From positions 52,457 through 116,456 of IMG/VR virus record IMGVR_UViG_3300028581_002181: a stretch of 64,000 nt of DNA; one strand, 5' to 3'. The notes beneath the pieces are model-generated. The model ran no database searches and had not been told where the DNA came from. It saw only the letters and a program-made list of their open reading frames with translations. Positions 1 through 9,545 of the stretch are shown here, in pieces. How positions within the stretch are numbered: the stretch's first letter is position 1; every line of letters starts with the position of its first letter. The position numbers and the translations under genes are program-made. Source of the stretch: a virus.

Positions 1-650
1 CTAAAAAAATACTGCATTAAAGAAGGTTCTCTTTTGTTACAGTGACTGATATATTTTTTTTGTTCAGAATTGTATTCAACCGTGGCGTGATATATTTCTA
101 ACACGTTAATAGCCCATTTGTGATGACTATTTTTAAGTTGTTCTACTATGTTCACACATTTATCCCAAACATGTGGATCCATCAGCACATTGGCATCCAC
201 AACTACTTTTTTACTGTGCAAAAGATCTGCCACAGCAATGATATGTGGCACATCCACTCTTTCGTGATGACAGCTCAGCATCACAATGTCATTGTAATGA
301 CCATATTCTTCCCACCATCTCAGTGTGCGTGATCCATTGGTGCTGATGCTGATCAAACAGTTGAATTTTTCTTTAAAGTATTTGGTGAATTCTCCAAAAT
401 CTTTCCATATAGTGGGTTCTCCTCCTATGATATGCAGATAGAAATCATTTTTGCCAATATTTTTTCTGTAATGTTCAATGAGATGAGAAAGATTTTTTTT
501 AATCAATTCAAGATCGGGCCAACCATGTGTGCCTTCGTTGGATCCGGGAAAACAATACCAGCACTTGTAGTTGCATCTGTTGCTGAGAAATAATTCAATC
601 CTCAAACTATCTTTGTGCTGATTACTGTGTATGGCTACTATATTTTCCAT
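1..650 (-). CDS. Radical SAM protein, 3'-partial (runs off the left edge); paralog of 638..1657; absent from the ORF track
   Basis: Manual translation from ATG at 650: MENIVAIHSNQHKDSLRIELFLSNRCNYKCWYCFPGSNEG...IIGGEPTIWKDFG...STNGSRTLRWW. It has CxxxCxxC and GGEP motifs and no stop before base 1. Confidence 0.85.
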   Translation of the reverse strand, partial: MENIVAIHSNQHKDSLRIELFLSNRCNYKCWYCFPGSNEGTHGWPDLELIKKNLSHLIEHYRKNIGKNDFYLHIIGGEPTIWKDFGEFTKYFKEKFNCLISISTNGSRTLRWWEEYGHYNDIVMLSCHHERVDVPHIIAVADLLHSKKVVVDANVLMDPHVWDKCVNIVEQLKNSHHKWAINVLEIYHATVEYNSEQKKYISHCNKREPSLMQYFF

Positions 651-1657
651 TTTGTGATCTGTGTTTCAGGCATGCAAAAACAAGCAGCAAAAGGACAAGT
701 TACTGGTTTAATTTCTGGATCAAATGTGTCGATAAAATTTGTTTTTAAAATATTATGATAATAATTCAAACCATATAATTTTGCATTGCAGGCACCTTTA
801 AGATCACCGTTCCAATCCACATATATGCTTTCTAACCCTATATTGCATTTCCAATCTTTAAATTCATTCCATCCTTCATTGATATAGGTACCAGGTCTAG
901 CATATTTTGTAGAGCCTTCTGACATGGTGTATTTGCTTTCATACAGTCTTATTTCGTCTTTGAGCAATTTTCGATTTTTCCAAAACCACCATAGACTAGG
1001 CCATCTCTTCAAATCTTTTTTTAAATATTGTAATTGTTTGTTGTCATATCGTTTGACTCCAGGAGCAATTTTGTTACTGATGTGATGTGGTTCAATTACC
1101 TCTGCCACCATGATAAACCAAGGATACTTACTGTGTTTTTTCATTTTAGCAATGGCCTCTATACCTTGTGACCAGCGATCAGGATCCATAAGCACTTTGA
1201 CTGTGACTTTGGATCCAGCTGCATACAATATATCTGACACTTCAATCATGTGATCAACATCACCTTGTGCTAAATGCAAGGTAAGATGTGCATTATCTAT
1301 CTCATTGGCATGTTCTTTCCACCATCTCACTGTGCGTGACCCGTTGGATATAAGGCTAATATAGGCATTATGTTTTTTTTTTATTTCGGCCATAAAAGTT
1401 CCTAAATCTTTCCACAATGTTGGTTCTCCACCTGCAATAAAAAATTGAAATTTACTTTTGTTAAGTTTAACTTTATAAAAATTTAATAAATGATCCCAGT
1501 TCTTTATGACCAAATCTAAATCTTCAGGAGATCTATGCGTGCCTGTGTTGGCATCAGGAAAACAATAACGACACTGAAAATTGCAGACATTATTAGGATT
1601 CCAACGCACATTTAAAATATGTTTCTTTTGAGTGGAATCTATTCTTACAGGTTTCAT
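638..1657 (-). CDS. Radical SAM protein with C-terminal Cys-rich (Twitch/SPASM-like) segment
   Basis: CNFQCRYC, GGEPT and SNGS motifs; C-terminal CNIG...GAC...CPFAACFC. Confidence 0.85.
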   Translation of the reverse strand: MKPVRIDSTQKKHILNVRWNPNNVCNFQCRYCFPDANTGTHRSPEDLDLVIKNWDHLLNFYKVKLNKSKFQFFIAGGEPTLWKDLGTFMAEIKKKHNAYISLISNGSRTVRWWKEHANEIDNAHLTLHLAQGDVDHMIEVSDILYAAGSKVTVKVLMDPDRWSQGIEAIAKMKKHSKYPWFIMVAEVIEPHHISNKIAPGVKRYDNKQLQYLKKDLKRWPSLWWFWKNRKLLKDEIRLYESKYTMSEGSTKYARPGTYINEGWNEFKDWKCNIGLESIYVDWNGDLKGACNAKLYGLNYYHNILKTNFIDTFDPEIKPVTCPFAACFCMPETQITKWKI

Positions 1658-3123
1658 TTGATCAAGTGAGAAATTTCAGGAAAGGTCAATTGAAAATCAG
1701 TTTTTCTATGTTGATCCATCTTTTCTATATATTGTTTAAAATCCGGCAGTAAATTGGTGTGATCTGTAGCATCCATCCAGTCCAGTATGCCTTCCCAACG
1801 TTTCCAACCATATGGATTTTTTTCCCAAAACTCCGAGTCCTGAGTATAATGATTCCATAACCATTCTTTTAATTCAGCAAACAGTTGTCGTACATGAGCT
1901 TTGTCTTCTTTAGGTAACACACGTATGGATAACCATGTGGGTATCCACAAAAGATGCACCCCTACTAGACCACCTCCAGTAATTTGTCCTGCAGCGTTCG
2001 TGTCAAAATTTAATTTTTTAAATCCACAGCTGATTTTCCATTTGATAAAATCTGGCACATGTTTAATGTTTAATATCTGCACAGCCAATGCAATGTTAGT
2101 CTGTATTTTTTCACTGGTGCGTTCAAGACGCCATAGATTTTTTTCTACCTGAGATGAATCGGTAGGAAAGCGTATGTAATGCAAACGATCACCTATGGCA
2201 TCCATGCTTATGCCCACCTTAACTTTTTTAAATTGCTCCCAAATTTCTATTATTTCTTCATTGATCAATGTGCCATTGGTGTTGTAACGTAAACCTATCT
2301 TGTGAGCATGTCCTCTTTTAATAATTTCTTGTAGGAAAGCCTTGTGTTCTTTTATTAATAATGGTTCACCGCCTGCAAAATATAATTGTTTTATGTGGGG
2401 TATTTGTTCATAGATCTGCTCCCAAAAAGCAGGATTTTCATGCCAGCGGTTATCAAAATCATCCTGCTGCCAACTCATTTGTTTTTTTATTAATTCGCTA
2501 GTGAACAGAGGATATACTGTTTTGTGATCATTTACCCATTGACTGGAATCATGAGGCGAACACATGATGCATTTTAAGTTGCAGGTGTGACCTAATCTCA
2601 AATCAAGATATTGTAATTTATGCGGCACTGTTCCATCTTCTTGGGTTTCTCTTATGAGTTCTTTGATGTCTGTTTGCTCCTGCAGATACCAAGTGCCTGT
2701 TTCCCAAACTCGTTTACTAACTATACCTTTGTCTTCTTCATCAAAACATTTTGTGCAGCTGGCAGGTATTTGTCCAGACAACATTAATTTTCTTACAGAT
2801 TTCATGTAGTCGTTGTTGAATGCTGCCGTGGGCAAATCTTTGCCAAAGTTTGCAGGCTCACCATCTTCTTTTTTGACCAGTCCTACTTTGTAGTCTCCAC
2901 TGTCTGCTCCGCTAGCGTTAGCCACACAACATATTCTCATGTCACCATTGGGTCTAGTGGCTAGGTGTATCCATGGCAAAATACAAAAACTAGCACTGCC
3001 AGATATCTGTTTAATTTTTTCTTTCCACTCTAAAAGTTGTGAATTTTTTTGGTCTTTATGGGTCGGCAGCAATTTTTCCGCAGCAACTTCATCGACAGAT
3101 TCTGATTGTTCTATATAAGACAT
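1654..3123 (-). CDS. Radical SAM protein with N-terminal SPASM/Twitch-like domain
   Basis: N-terminal CILPW...CC...CTKC; CNLKCIMC; GGEPL; YNTNG. Confidence 0.85.
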   Translation of the reverse strand: MSYIEQSESVDEVAAEKLLPTHKDQKNSQLLEWKEKIKQISGSASFCILPWIHLATRPNGDMRICCVANASGADSGDYKVGLVKKEDGEPANFGKDLPTAAFNNDYMKSVRKLMLSGQIPASCTKCFDEEDKGIVSKRVWETGTWYLQEQTDIKELIRETQEDGTVPHKLQYLDLRLGHTCNLKCIMCSPHDSSQWVNDHKTVYPLFTSELIKKQMSWQQDDFDNRWHENPAFWEQIYEQIPHIKQLYFAGGEPLLIKEHKAFLQEIIKRGHAHKIGLRYNTNGTLINEEIIEIWEQFKKVKVGISMDAIGDRLHYIRFPTDSSQVEKNLWRLERTSEKIQTNIALAVQILNIKHVPDFIKWKISCGFKKLNFDTNAAGQITGGGLVGVHLLWIPTWLSIRVLPKEDKAHVRQLFAELKEWLWNHYTQDSEFWEKNPYGWKRWEGILDWMDATDHTNLLPDFKQYIEKMDQHRKTDFQLTFPEISHLIK

Positions 3124-3172
3124 GTTATCAAAGTATATTTACCTTAATTAAATGCCCACATAATATTTTGCG

Positions 3173-3179
3173 ATAAATA
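3173..3179 (+). promoter_or_regulatory. T4-like late promoter core (ATAAATA)
   Basis: Motif lies 5 nt before the ATG at 3185; a divergent TAAATA copy is at 3136-3141 on the minus strand. Confidence 0.5.
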
Positions 3180-3184
3180 TCAAT

Positions 3185-3883
3185 ATGCTCCAAAAATTAG
3201 ATGTAATACTATCAGCTCAAGATATTTTGAAAAATTTACCAAAATTCAACACTGAACACAAAGACGAAGAAGTATTCATGTGTAAGACTTGGATGAATGA
3301 TCCAACAGGAGATTTCTTCTATGACCCTTGGAAGTTAAAATCAGAGTGGCAAACCAAAGAACTAGTGCAACTTTTTAATACTTTAGGACCAGTGGGTGAA
3401 GCAAGAATAATTGTAATGAAACCAGGATTCACTTATCTTGCACATTCCGATATTGATGACAGATATCATGTGACATTGCAGGGAGAACACAGCTATTTGA
3501 TTGATTTGGTGAACACAAAAATGTATCCTACTTTGACCGATAATTGTTGTTATCTTATGGATACTGCACACATACACACTGCTGTGAATTTTGGATATCT
3601 AGATAGAATTCAATTGGTAATAAGAAAATTACTTGAACGTGGTCAAATTAGAAATCGTGCTCATGTAAAAATTAAAGCAGAAAATCCTCCATACAACAGT
3701 AGATATCTTTTTGATAATTCTTTTTCAGTATGGCTCAACAAAGCAAATAAGAAAAAAATACTTGATAACTTTGTGACAATTTCACAAGAAGAAGTTTCAT
3801 TGGATTTAGAAAGAGAATACTTGGAAGAATTAAAAAATATTTCAAATCATTGCGGATTTGCAGTGCAAATTACACATGATTAA
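3185..3883 (+). CDS. 2OG-Fe(II) oxygenase, Asp/Asn beta-hydroxylase-like
   Basis: RIIVMKPG, AHSD (HxD) and distal HTAVN (His) motifs of the double-stranded beta-helix fold. Confidence 0.65.
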   Translation: MLQKLDVILSAQDILKNLPKFNTEHKDEEVFMCKTWMNDPTGDFFYDPWKLKSEWQTKELVQLFNTLGPVGEARIIVMKPGFTYLAHSDIDDRYHVTLQGEHSYLIDLVNTKMYPTLTDNCCYLMDTAHIHTAVNFGYLDRIQLVIRKLLERGQIRNRAHVKIKAENPPYNSRYLFDNSFSVWLNKANKKKILDNFVTISQEEVSLDLEREYLEELKNISNHCGFAVQITHD

Positions 3884-3921
3884 CAATTAAACTGATCAAG
3901 TACATTCAAATACACATTTAG

Positions 3922-5103
3922 ATGAATATTTCAAAAAAAATATTACCAAACATAGGAGTAATAGGTGTTGGTCGCATTGGTCTTTGTTATGCATTACTTT
4001 TAGACCAAACTGGATATCAAGTGTATGCTTACGATATCAACACAGCTCATATAGAAAATTTAAAACAAGGTGTGGTGGATATTAACGAGCCAGATGTTTA
4101 TAATTTGCTTGAAAATAATCACATAGTTTTTACCAACAATGCTCAAAAAATATTTCAAAATTGTGAAATAATTTATATTATGGTGCCTACTCCAAGTAAC
4201 GCTGATGGAAGTTATGATATTTCTAAAGTTCAAAGTATTATCAAACAAATATGTGAATGTAATTTAGATATAAAAGAAAAAATAATAGTTGTGGGCAGCA
4301 CAGTAAATCCTGGAGATTGTAAAATATTAGAAAAACAATTGCAAGCATATCATGCGGGTTTGTTGTACAATCCAGTATTCACAGCTCAAGGTTCTATAAT
4401 AAAAGACCTACAACAAGCAGAGATGGTATTAATAGGTGGAGAATCTAATAAGGTTATAAAAAAATATCAACAGATTTATTTTGACATACAAACCATAAAA
4501 CCAAACATACATGTATTGAGTTTGACCGCAGCAGAGATAGCAAAAATAGCTGTAAATTGTTACTTAACTACTAAAATATCTTTTGCAAATATTTTAGGAG
4601 AAATTTTAATCATGTCTAAACTGGATAATGAAGTTGATCTCACATTAGATATGATAGGTTCAGATACAAGAATAGGAAAAAAATTTTTTAAATATGGACT
4701 AGGATATGGGGGACCATGTCTACCTAGAGATAATAGAGCACTGTCTCATTATGCGTCTAAAGTTGGAATAAAATTTGCTTTGGGTGATACTGTTGATCAA
4801 TTTAACCAACAACATACCTTATTCTTAGCAGATTTTTTTGCAAAAAAAAATGTAGAAAATTTGCCATTTTATTTTAAAACCGTATCTTACAAATCAAACG
4901 TTACGGATATTGAACAAAGCCAATTATATTTGCTGTGTTGTAAATTGTTAGAAAAAGGATTTATGGTATATATTGAGCCTATTCCTGCTTTACCCAACGA
5001 AATTCAAACATCATTGCAACAAAAATTTCAAGATTTAATTGCATTTGTTACTATTACTGACCTACACAGCAGTAATAAAAAAATATTTGAAATTTTTATT
5101 TGA
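3922..5103 (+). CDS. ugd: UDP-glucose/GDP-mannose 6-dehydrogenase
   Basis: GVGRIG Rossmann motif, VPTP, GSTV, AEIAK and catalytic GYGGPCLPRD. Confidence 0.9.
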   Translation: MNISKKILPNIGVIGVGRIGLCYALLLDQTGYQVYAYDINTAHIENLKQGVVDINEPDVYNLLENNHIVFTNNAQKIFQNCEIIYIMVPTPSNADGSYDISKVQSIIKQICECNLDIKEKIIVVGSTVNPGDCKILEKQLQAYHAGLLYNPVFTAQGSIIKDLQQAEMVLIGGESNKVIKKYQQIYFDIQTIKPNIHVLSLTAAEIAKIAVNCYLTTKISFANILGEILIMSKLDNEVDLTLDMIGSDTRIGKKFFKYGLGYGGPCLPRDNRALSHYASKVGIKFALGDTVDQFNQQHTLFLADFFAKKNVENLPFYFKTVSYKSNVTDIEQSQLYLLCCKLLEKGFMVYIEPIPALPNEIQTSLQQKFQDLIAFVTITDLHSSNKKIFEIFI

Positions 5104-5179
5104 TTATCATAAACCTGTGGTAATCTATAATAGCCTACATGGACCAATGGTACAAATAAGTATTGAATAAACATTAATT

Positions 5180-5815
5180 ATGATAGAATACTGGAATAAC
5201 TTTTACAAGCACGAACTAGGCACATTAGCCATTGCTAATTTGGTATACGAGCCTTTGATCAGTCCTAACAAAAACATATTCAAAATGAATTTTAATAAAA
5301 ATGAATATTTTGTCAATTCCAATATGACTGATGATCTTAGACAAAATTGGTTTTCAAGGGAAATTAATTATATGGAAAAATTAAAAAATAAACCATATGC
5401 TCCTGAAATTTTAAACATTGATCACAGAAATAGAACCATTGAATTTAAATGGTATGATCGCAGTGTGAGTAAACTTATACACACTGGTGAAATATCCACA
5501 GTGCCCAACTGGCAACAACAGATCAAAGACATCGTTGCTGATTTAATGTCAGAAAACATACGCAAATCTAATCTTTATCCTCACACTTTTTATTTGGATC
5601 ATCATAATCATATTCGCATTATGGATTTGTATGGTTGCAGCAGCACTGAAGATAGATATGTGTCCAAAGAATTGTTGACTTCAATACTTTTTGATTCTAC
5701 TCATCCTAGATTTGCTCAAAGTCTTACAGGAGCAATGTATGATACTTTTAAACTGTATGAATTAACTATAAAAATGAATTATGGTGAATGGCCGGGAGAT
5801 TTTTTAAATGCTTGA
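5180..5815 (+). CDS. Protein-kinase-like fold protein, degenerate catalytic motifs
   Basis: RE helix-C motif, PEIL, KSNLYPHTF in place of HxDxxxxN, IMDL; paralog of 8857..9543. Confidence 0.5.
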   Translation: MIEYWNNFYKHELGTLAIANLVYEPLISPNKNIFKMNFNKNEYFVNSNMTDDLRQNWFSREINYMEKLKNKPYAPEILNIDHRNRTIEFKWYDRSVSKLIHTGEISTVPNWQQQIKDIVADLMSENIRKSNLYPHTFYLDHHNHIRIMDLYGCSSTEDRYVSKELLTSILFDSTHPRFAQSLTGAMYDTFKLYELTIKMNYGEWPGDFLNA

Positions 5816-6344
5816 ATACATGGGTAATAGTATGCACGTGATTGATTGGGATTCTGTAATTAAAGAAGTTCAAGACCAAGAAGGAAAATGTGCCTGCAAG
5901 TATCTTCCTGTAAAAGAAGTTGCAGAACTTAAAGAGATCGACGATGCACTGGGTAATTATTGTAGAGATTCCATTGAGTGGATCAATTATTATCCAGGCA
6001 AAGAATTTTCTATGGACATAGCTCATAAGTTTGGAGACTTTGTAAAAATGCCCAGAATGATTAAATGTTGGATATCCAAAGTGTTGCCTGGTAAAACTGC
6101 ACCGTGGCATTGGGACTGGGACGTAGATTGGAAAAAATATTTAGAAAATGGTCAACCAATAAGATTCACAGCAATGATTAATCCTCCTGCTGTGGGTCAT
6201 GTGTTTATTGTAGGAGACCAAGCATTATACAATGAAAAACAAGGTGATGTTCACAAATGGTCTGATTTTAGATCTTATCACGCAGGCACCAATTGTGGAT
6301 TGGTTCCTAAATTTAATTTTAATTATTTGGCATACGCAGAATGA
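5808..6344 (+). CDS. 2OG-Fe(II) oxygenase, Asp/Asn beta-hydroxylase-like
   Basis: ISKVLPG, WHWD (HxD) and YHAGTN motifs. Confidence 0.7.
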   Translation: MLEYMGNSMHVIDWDSVIKEVQDQEGKCACKYLPVKEVAELKEIDDALGNYCRDSIEWINYYPGKEFSMDIAHKFGDFVKMPRMIKCWISKVLPGKTAPWHWDWDVDWKKYLENGQPIRFTAMINPPAVGHVFIVGDQALYNEKQGDVHKWSDFRSYHAGTNCGLVPKFNFNYLAYAE

Positions 6345-6898
6345 AAAATTATATTGGTAATTGTTCTCAAATAATAGATTGGCCCAGTGTGTTGTACTCT
6401 GTGCAAAATTCTAAACCTGCTTATCAAGGACCTAGACATAAAAAAGGACAAGATTTGCCTGGCATAGCTGAAATAAGTTCTTCTTGGGAAAAGGCTGGAT
6501 ACAAATTATTATCAGAAGGTGGAACCATTGGATGGGATATGTGTGTGCCTGAAGATAACTTTGATCGAAAAATTGTTGATCAATTTGCAGATTACGTGAA
6601 TGTTGACCCTTTAAGCTGTTGGGTAAGTGTGATTCACCAAGGCTGTCATGCGCCGTGGCATTGGGACACTCAAGACAATGAGCAAGAGCTAAGAAAAATG
6701 GGAAATATAGAAAGATTTCATTGTCATATGGAAGATACTTTTCCAGGTCATGTGTTGATAGTAGAAAATGATTTATTTTATAATGCAAAGCAAGGAGATG
6801 TGTATAAATGGCCTGACAGAAATGCCTGGCACGCAGGTTCCAACTGTGGTCAAAGACCTAAATATATTTTTAATTTTTTTGGAAAAAGTCGTACATGA
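6341..6898 (+). CDS. 2OG-Fe(II) oxygenase, tandem paralog of 5808..6344
   Basis: Shares IDW, APWHWD, GHV, YNxKQGDVxKW and HAGxNCG with the upstream gene. Confidence 0.7.
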   Translation: MKNYIGNCSQIIDWPSVLYSVQNSKPAYQGPRHKKGQDLPGIAEISSSWEKAGYKLLSEGGTIGWDMCVPEDNFDRKIVDQFADYVNVDPLSCWVSVIHQGCHAPWHWDTQDNEQELRKMGNIERFHCHMEDTFPGHVLIVENDLFYNAKQGDVYKWPDRNAWHAGSNCGQRPKYIFNFFGKSRT

Positions 6899-7449
6899 AA
6901 ATTTTAATGACTGGCCATACTTCCCCTATAGGAAGTGTTTTGTTTGAACATCTATCTTTCACACACCAAGTCACTGGCATATCTAGGCAAAGTGGGTATG
7001 ATTTAAATAAATTTGAAGATATTCAAAAAATTATAAACGACAGCACAAATTATGATCATTTTATAAATTTAGCACACGTGGGAGATGCACAATGTCAATT
7101 GTTATCTTTAATTTATAAAAAATGGAGTGAAGTAAATCATTTGGGAAAGATAATTTCTTTTGGTACACTGGGTACTGAATTGCCAGAAGACATTTTAAAA
7201 AAAACTGGCACAGATTTAGATTATTTTAAAAAAAAAATACATTTAGAAAATATACACAAATGTTTGTCTATTCAAAAAATATTTGGCATTCAACCACAAA
7301 GTGTGTTGATTAGAATTTTAAATTTTGGAAAAAAAACTGGTTCAAGGCAGGGTGAACCTAGCTGCAATAAAGAAGAAATAATTAGAACTGTTGATTACGT
7401 ATTAAATGAAACTTTATATATAAGCAAGATTGATTTAAGAAAAATTTAA
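6895..7449 (+). CDS. Short-chain dehydrogenase/Rossmann-fold protein
   Basis: N-terminal ILMTGHTSPIG, FINLAH, and Y..KK segment. Confidence 0.6.
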   Translation: MKILMTGHTSPIGSVLFEHLSFTHQVTGISRQSGYDLNKFEDIQKIINDSTNYDHFINLAHVGDAQCQLLSLIYKKWSEVNHLGKIISFGTLGTELPEDILKKTGTDLDYFKKKIHLENIHKCLSIQKIFGIQPQSVLIRILNFGKKTGSRQGEPSCNKEEIIRTVDYVLNETLYISKIDLRKI

Positions 7450-8252
7450 TAATTACTTAGATGATCTATGCCTAATTTTTTTCTAAATTCATCAGTGAAC
7501 ACACAATCAATACGTAATCCATACTCTTGTTCTTTATTAATTTCTCCTCCATGCCAATCTTGATCGTTCCAAAAAGCAGCATTAGAATTAATATACACTT
7601 TGTTCTTTGATTCAGGATTCCAGATATAGAATCCTCGTTTAGTATTATGTCTTATGTGTATGAATTCATTTCGGTGATCACTGTAACCTTGCTGATTGCC
7701 ATGTTTTCCGTCTAGATCTCTGTGTTCAAAAGGCTGACCGTCATGTTCACAATGAAAAAATATCACTCTACCTATACGACTAATAATTTGTTGTGTAAGT
7801 AAATTTTTTATCCAAATGACCAATCCTGGAAAATATTTACTTTCTTCAGTAATCTGTCTTTCTGAATTTCTATGGTCCCAATCTCCTTCGTTCCATAGAA
7901 AGTAATATATGTAAGGATCTTTGGCACCCAGCACTGCTTTGAGATAGCGTGTGAACTGATTTCTTGTGCGATAATCTTTGATATTGGCATAAAGATCATC
8001 ACCATTTTTTCTAATAGGATGATCTGCGGAAAGAGCAAGATATTCTTTTACAGCCATATAAATTGGTTTCCAATTCAATTGATAACTCATGTCCTGCAGA
8101 TTGAATCCTGGCGACATCCAAGTGCCTTCTTTGGCATATTCTCTAGCCAGAGCAAAACCTCTACATATTTCCGGATGTAATTTTCTAAAACCTTCTATGT
8201 CAAGATGTTGATCTAGAGCAATGTATGGTTTTCCACCAATTCCTCTTATCAT
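7446..8252 (-). CDS. 2OG-Fe(II) oxygenase-like protein (start re-assigned to MIRGIGG)
   Basis: EHRD (HxD) and WHGG motifs; ATG at 8252 follows a TAAATA motif at 8258-8264. Confidence 0.55.
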   Translation of the reverse strand: MIRGIGGKPYIALDQHLDIEGFRKLHPEICRGFALAREYAKEGTWMSPGFNLQDMSYQLNWKPIYMAVKEYLALSADHPIRKNGDDLYANIKDYRTRNQFTRYLKAVLGAKDPYIYYFLWNEGDWDHRNSERQITEESKYFPGLVIWIKNLLTQQIISRIGRVIFFHCEHDGQPFEHRDLDGKHGNQQGYSDHRNEFIHIRHNTKRGFYIWNPESKNKVYINSNAAFWNDQDWHGGEINKEQEYGLRIDCVFTDEFRKKLGIDHLSNY

Positions 8253-8291
8253 ACAGATATTTATTTGTAAATACATCAGCAATTAATTATT

Positions 8292-8864
8292 ATGGCTTTC
8301 AAACTTATACCATATTCCGACAATTTAGATCTCAGTGAATTTTACAGCATAGCCAAAAACAAAGGCTTTGTGAATAATTCAACCAAAAAGATGTTGGTGG
8401 ATTCTTTATCTAACGAAGAAAAATTTCAAGTTTGGATGCTGATGTGGGATGACAGAGTAATTGGATCCAGTGCAGCACACACTTTTCCTGAAATGGGTGC
8501 TGATAGTTTCCGCATAGCTTGTCGTATTTGTACCTTTACAGACTGTTTGCCTAAAGAATACCAAATGGTGCGAACAAGAGACACCATTAGATATCATCAA
8601 ACCACAACTCAACAATTTTTTCAACCAGCAGGTATTAATTGGGCTGGCATAGGAAAAAATTATTATGTTACCACTAATAAAAATACTGACGGCACACAGA
8701 GACTGGTGCATTCTATTGTGGCTCCTACTTTGGAAAGTGTTGGTGTTTACACAAGAATCACCGACATGATGTACCGAGGAACCATACAGACTGTGTGGCG
8801 TGTGAATGCAGATGTGTATTTTGATCAATTAAAAAAAGTTAAATCATGGCCCACATATGAATAG
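8292..8864 (+). CDS. GNAT-like acyltransferase-fold protein
   Basis: WMLMWDDRVIGSSAA...FRIACRICT pattern resembles GNAT beta strands; no stronger motif seen. Confidence 0.4.
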   Translation: MAFKLIPYSDNLDLSEFYSIAKNKGFVNNSTKKMLVDSLSNEEKFQVWMLMWDDRVIGSSAAHTFPEMGADSFRIACRICTFTDCLPKEYQMVRTRDTIRYHQTTTQQFFQPAGINWAGIGKNYYVTTNKNTDGTQRLVHSIVAPTLESVGVYTRITDMMYRGTIQTVWRVNADVYFDQLKKVKSWPTYE

Positions 8865-9543
8865 ATACAATTACTACTACAATAATGTACCAGGTCAAGG
8901 ATTGTGCAGGAACAATCTTGTGTACACCAGTCTTATAAATCAAAACAAAACAGAATTTGTGCAATGGTTTCACAATGACACAGAATATCATCGTGGACAA
9001 AATGAAGTGATGGATCCCATTCTGATGGAACAAAAATGGCAGAGAGAAGTGGACATGCTGCTGATGATGCATCACAATTTTCCAAAACACATTCCTGACA
9101 TATTAGAACTGGACTATGACAATAAAAAAATTATCTATGGCATTGATGGTGTGGATTTTTGGGAACAGAGTCACACAGTGGGCATGGATGCAGTGCTGCC
9201 CAACTGGCGTGAACAGATGCTGGAAATTATGCAAGCACACAAAACACTGGGATTATACAAGTATAGTCTACACCCCAGCAGTTACTTTGTGGTGGAAGGC
9301 AAATTAAAAAGTGTGAATTATTTCTTCTGCTATCATAAAAGTGAACCATTTATCACAGTGCAGGATCATCTCAGTCATATATCACATGAAAGAAGACAAT
9401 ATTTACTGCCCAAAATGAAAGAAATGCACATTGACATGAACATTCCCACAGATTTTGCCAGCTTGCAGGTATTGTGTTTGGAAAGTTTTAGAAACAATTA
9501 CCCCAAGGACTTTATAGATGCTGCCATAGCACTGTACAAATAA
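8857..9543 (+). CDS. Protein-kinase-like fold protein, degenerate; paralog of 5180..5815
   Basis: Aligns by eye with 5180..5815: LVY.sLI, RE, PDIL, PNW.eQ, KYSLHPSS. Confidence 0.5.
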   Translation: MNRYNYYYNNVPGQGLCRNNLVYTSLINQNKTEFVQWFHNDTEYHRGQNEVMDPILMEQKWQREVDMLLMMHHNFPKHIPDILELDYDNKKIIYGIDGVDFWEQSHTVGMDAVLPNWREQMLEIMQAHKTLGLYKYSLHPSSYFVVEGKLKSVNYFFCYHKSEPFITVQDHLSHISHERRQYLLPKMKEMHIDMNIPTDFASLQVLCLESFRNNYPKDFIDAAIALYK

Positions 9544-9545
9544 TC

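Noticed and set aside
3900-7450. Poly-A/T tracts (8-10 nt) as phase-variation sites
   Set aside because: The reading frames are intact and such runs are expected in AT-rich Lys/Phe-rich coding DNA.
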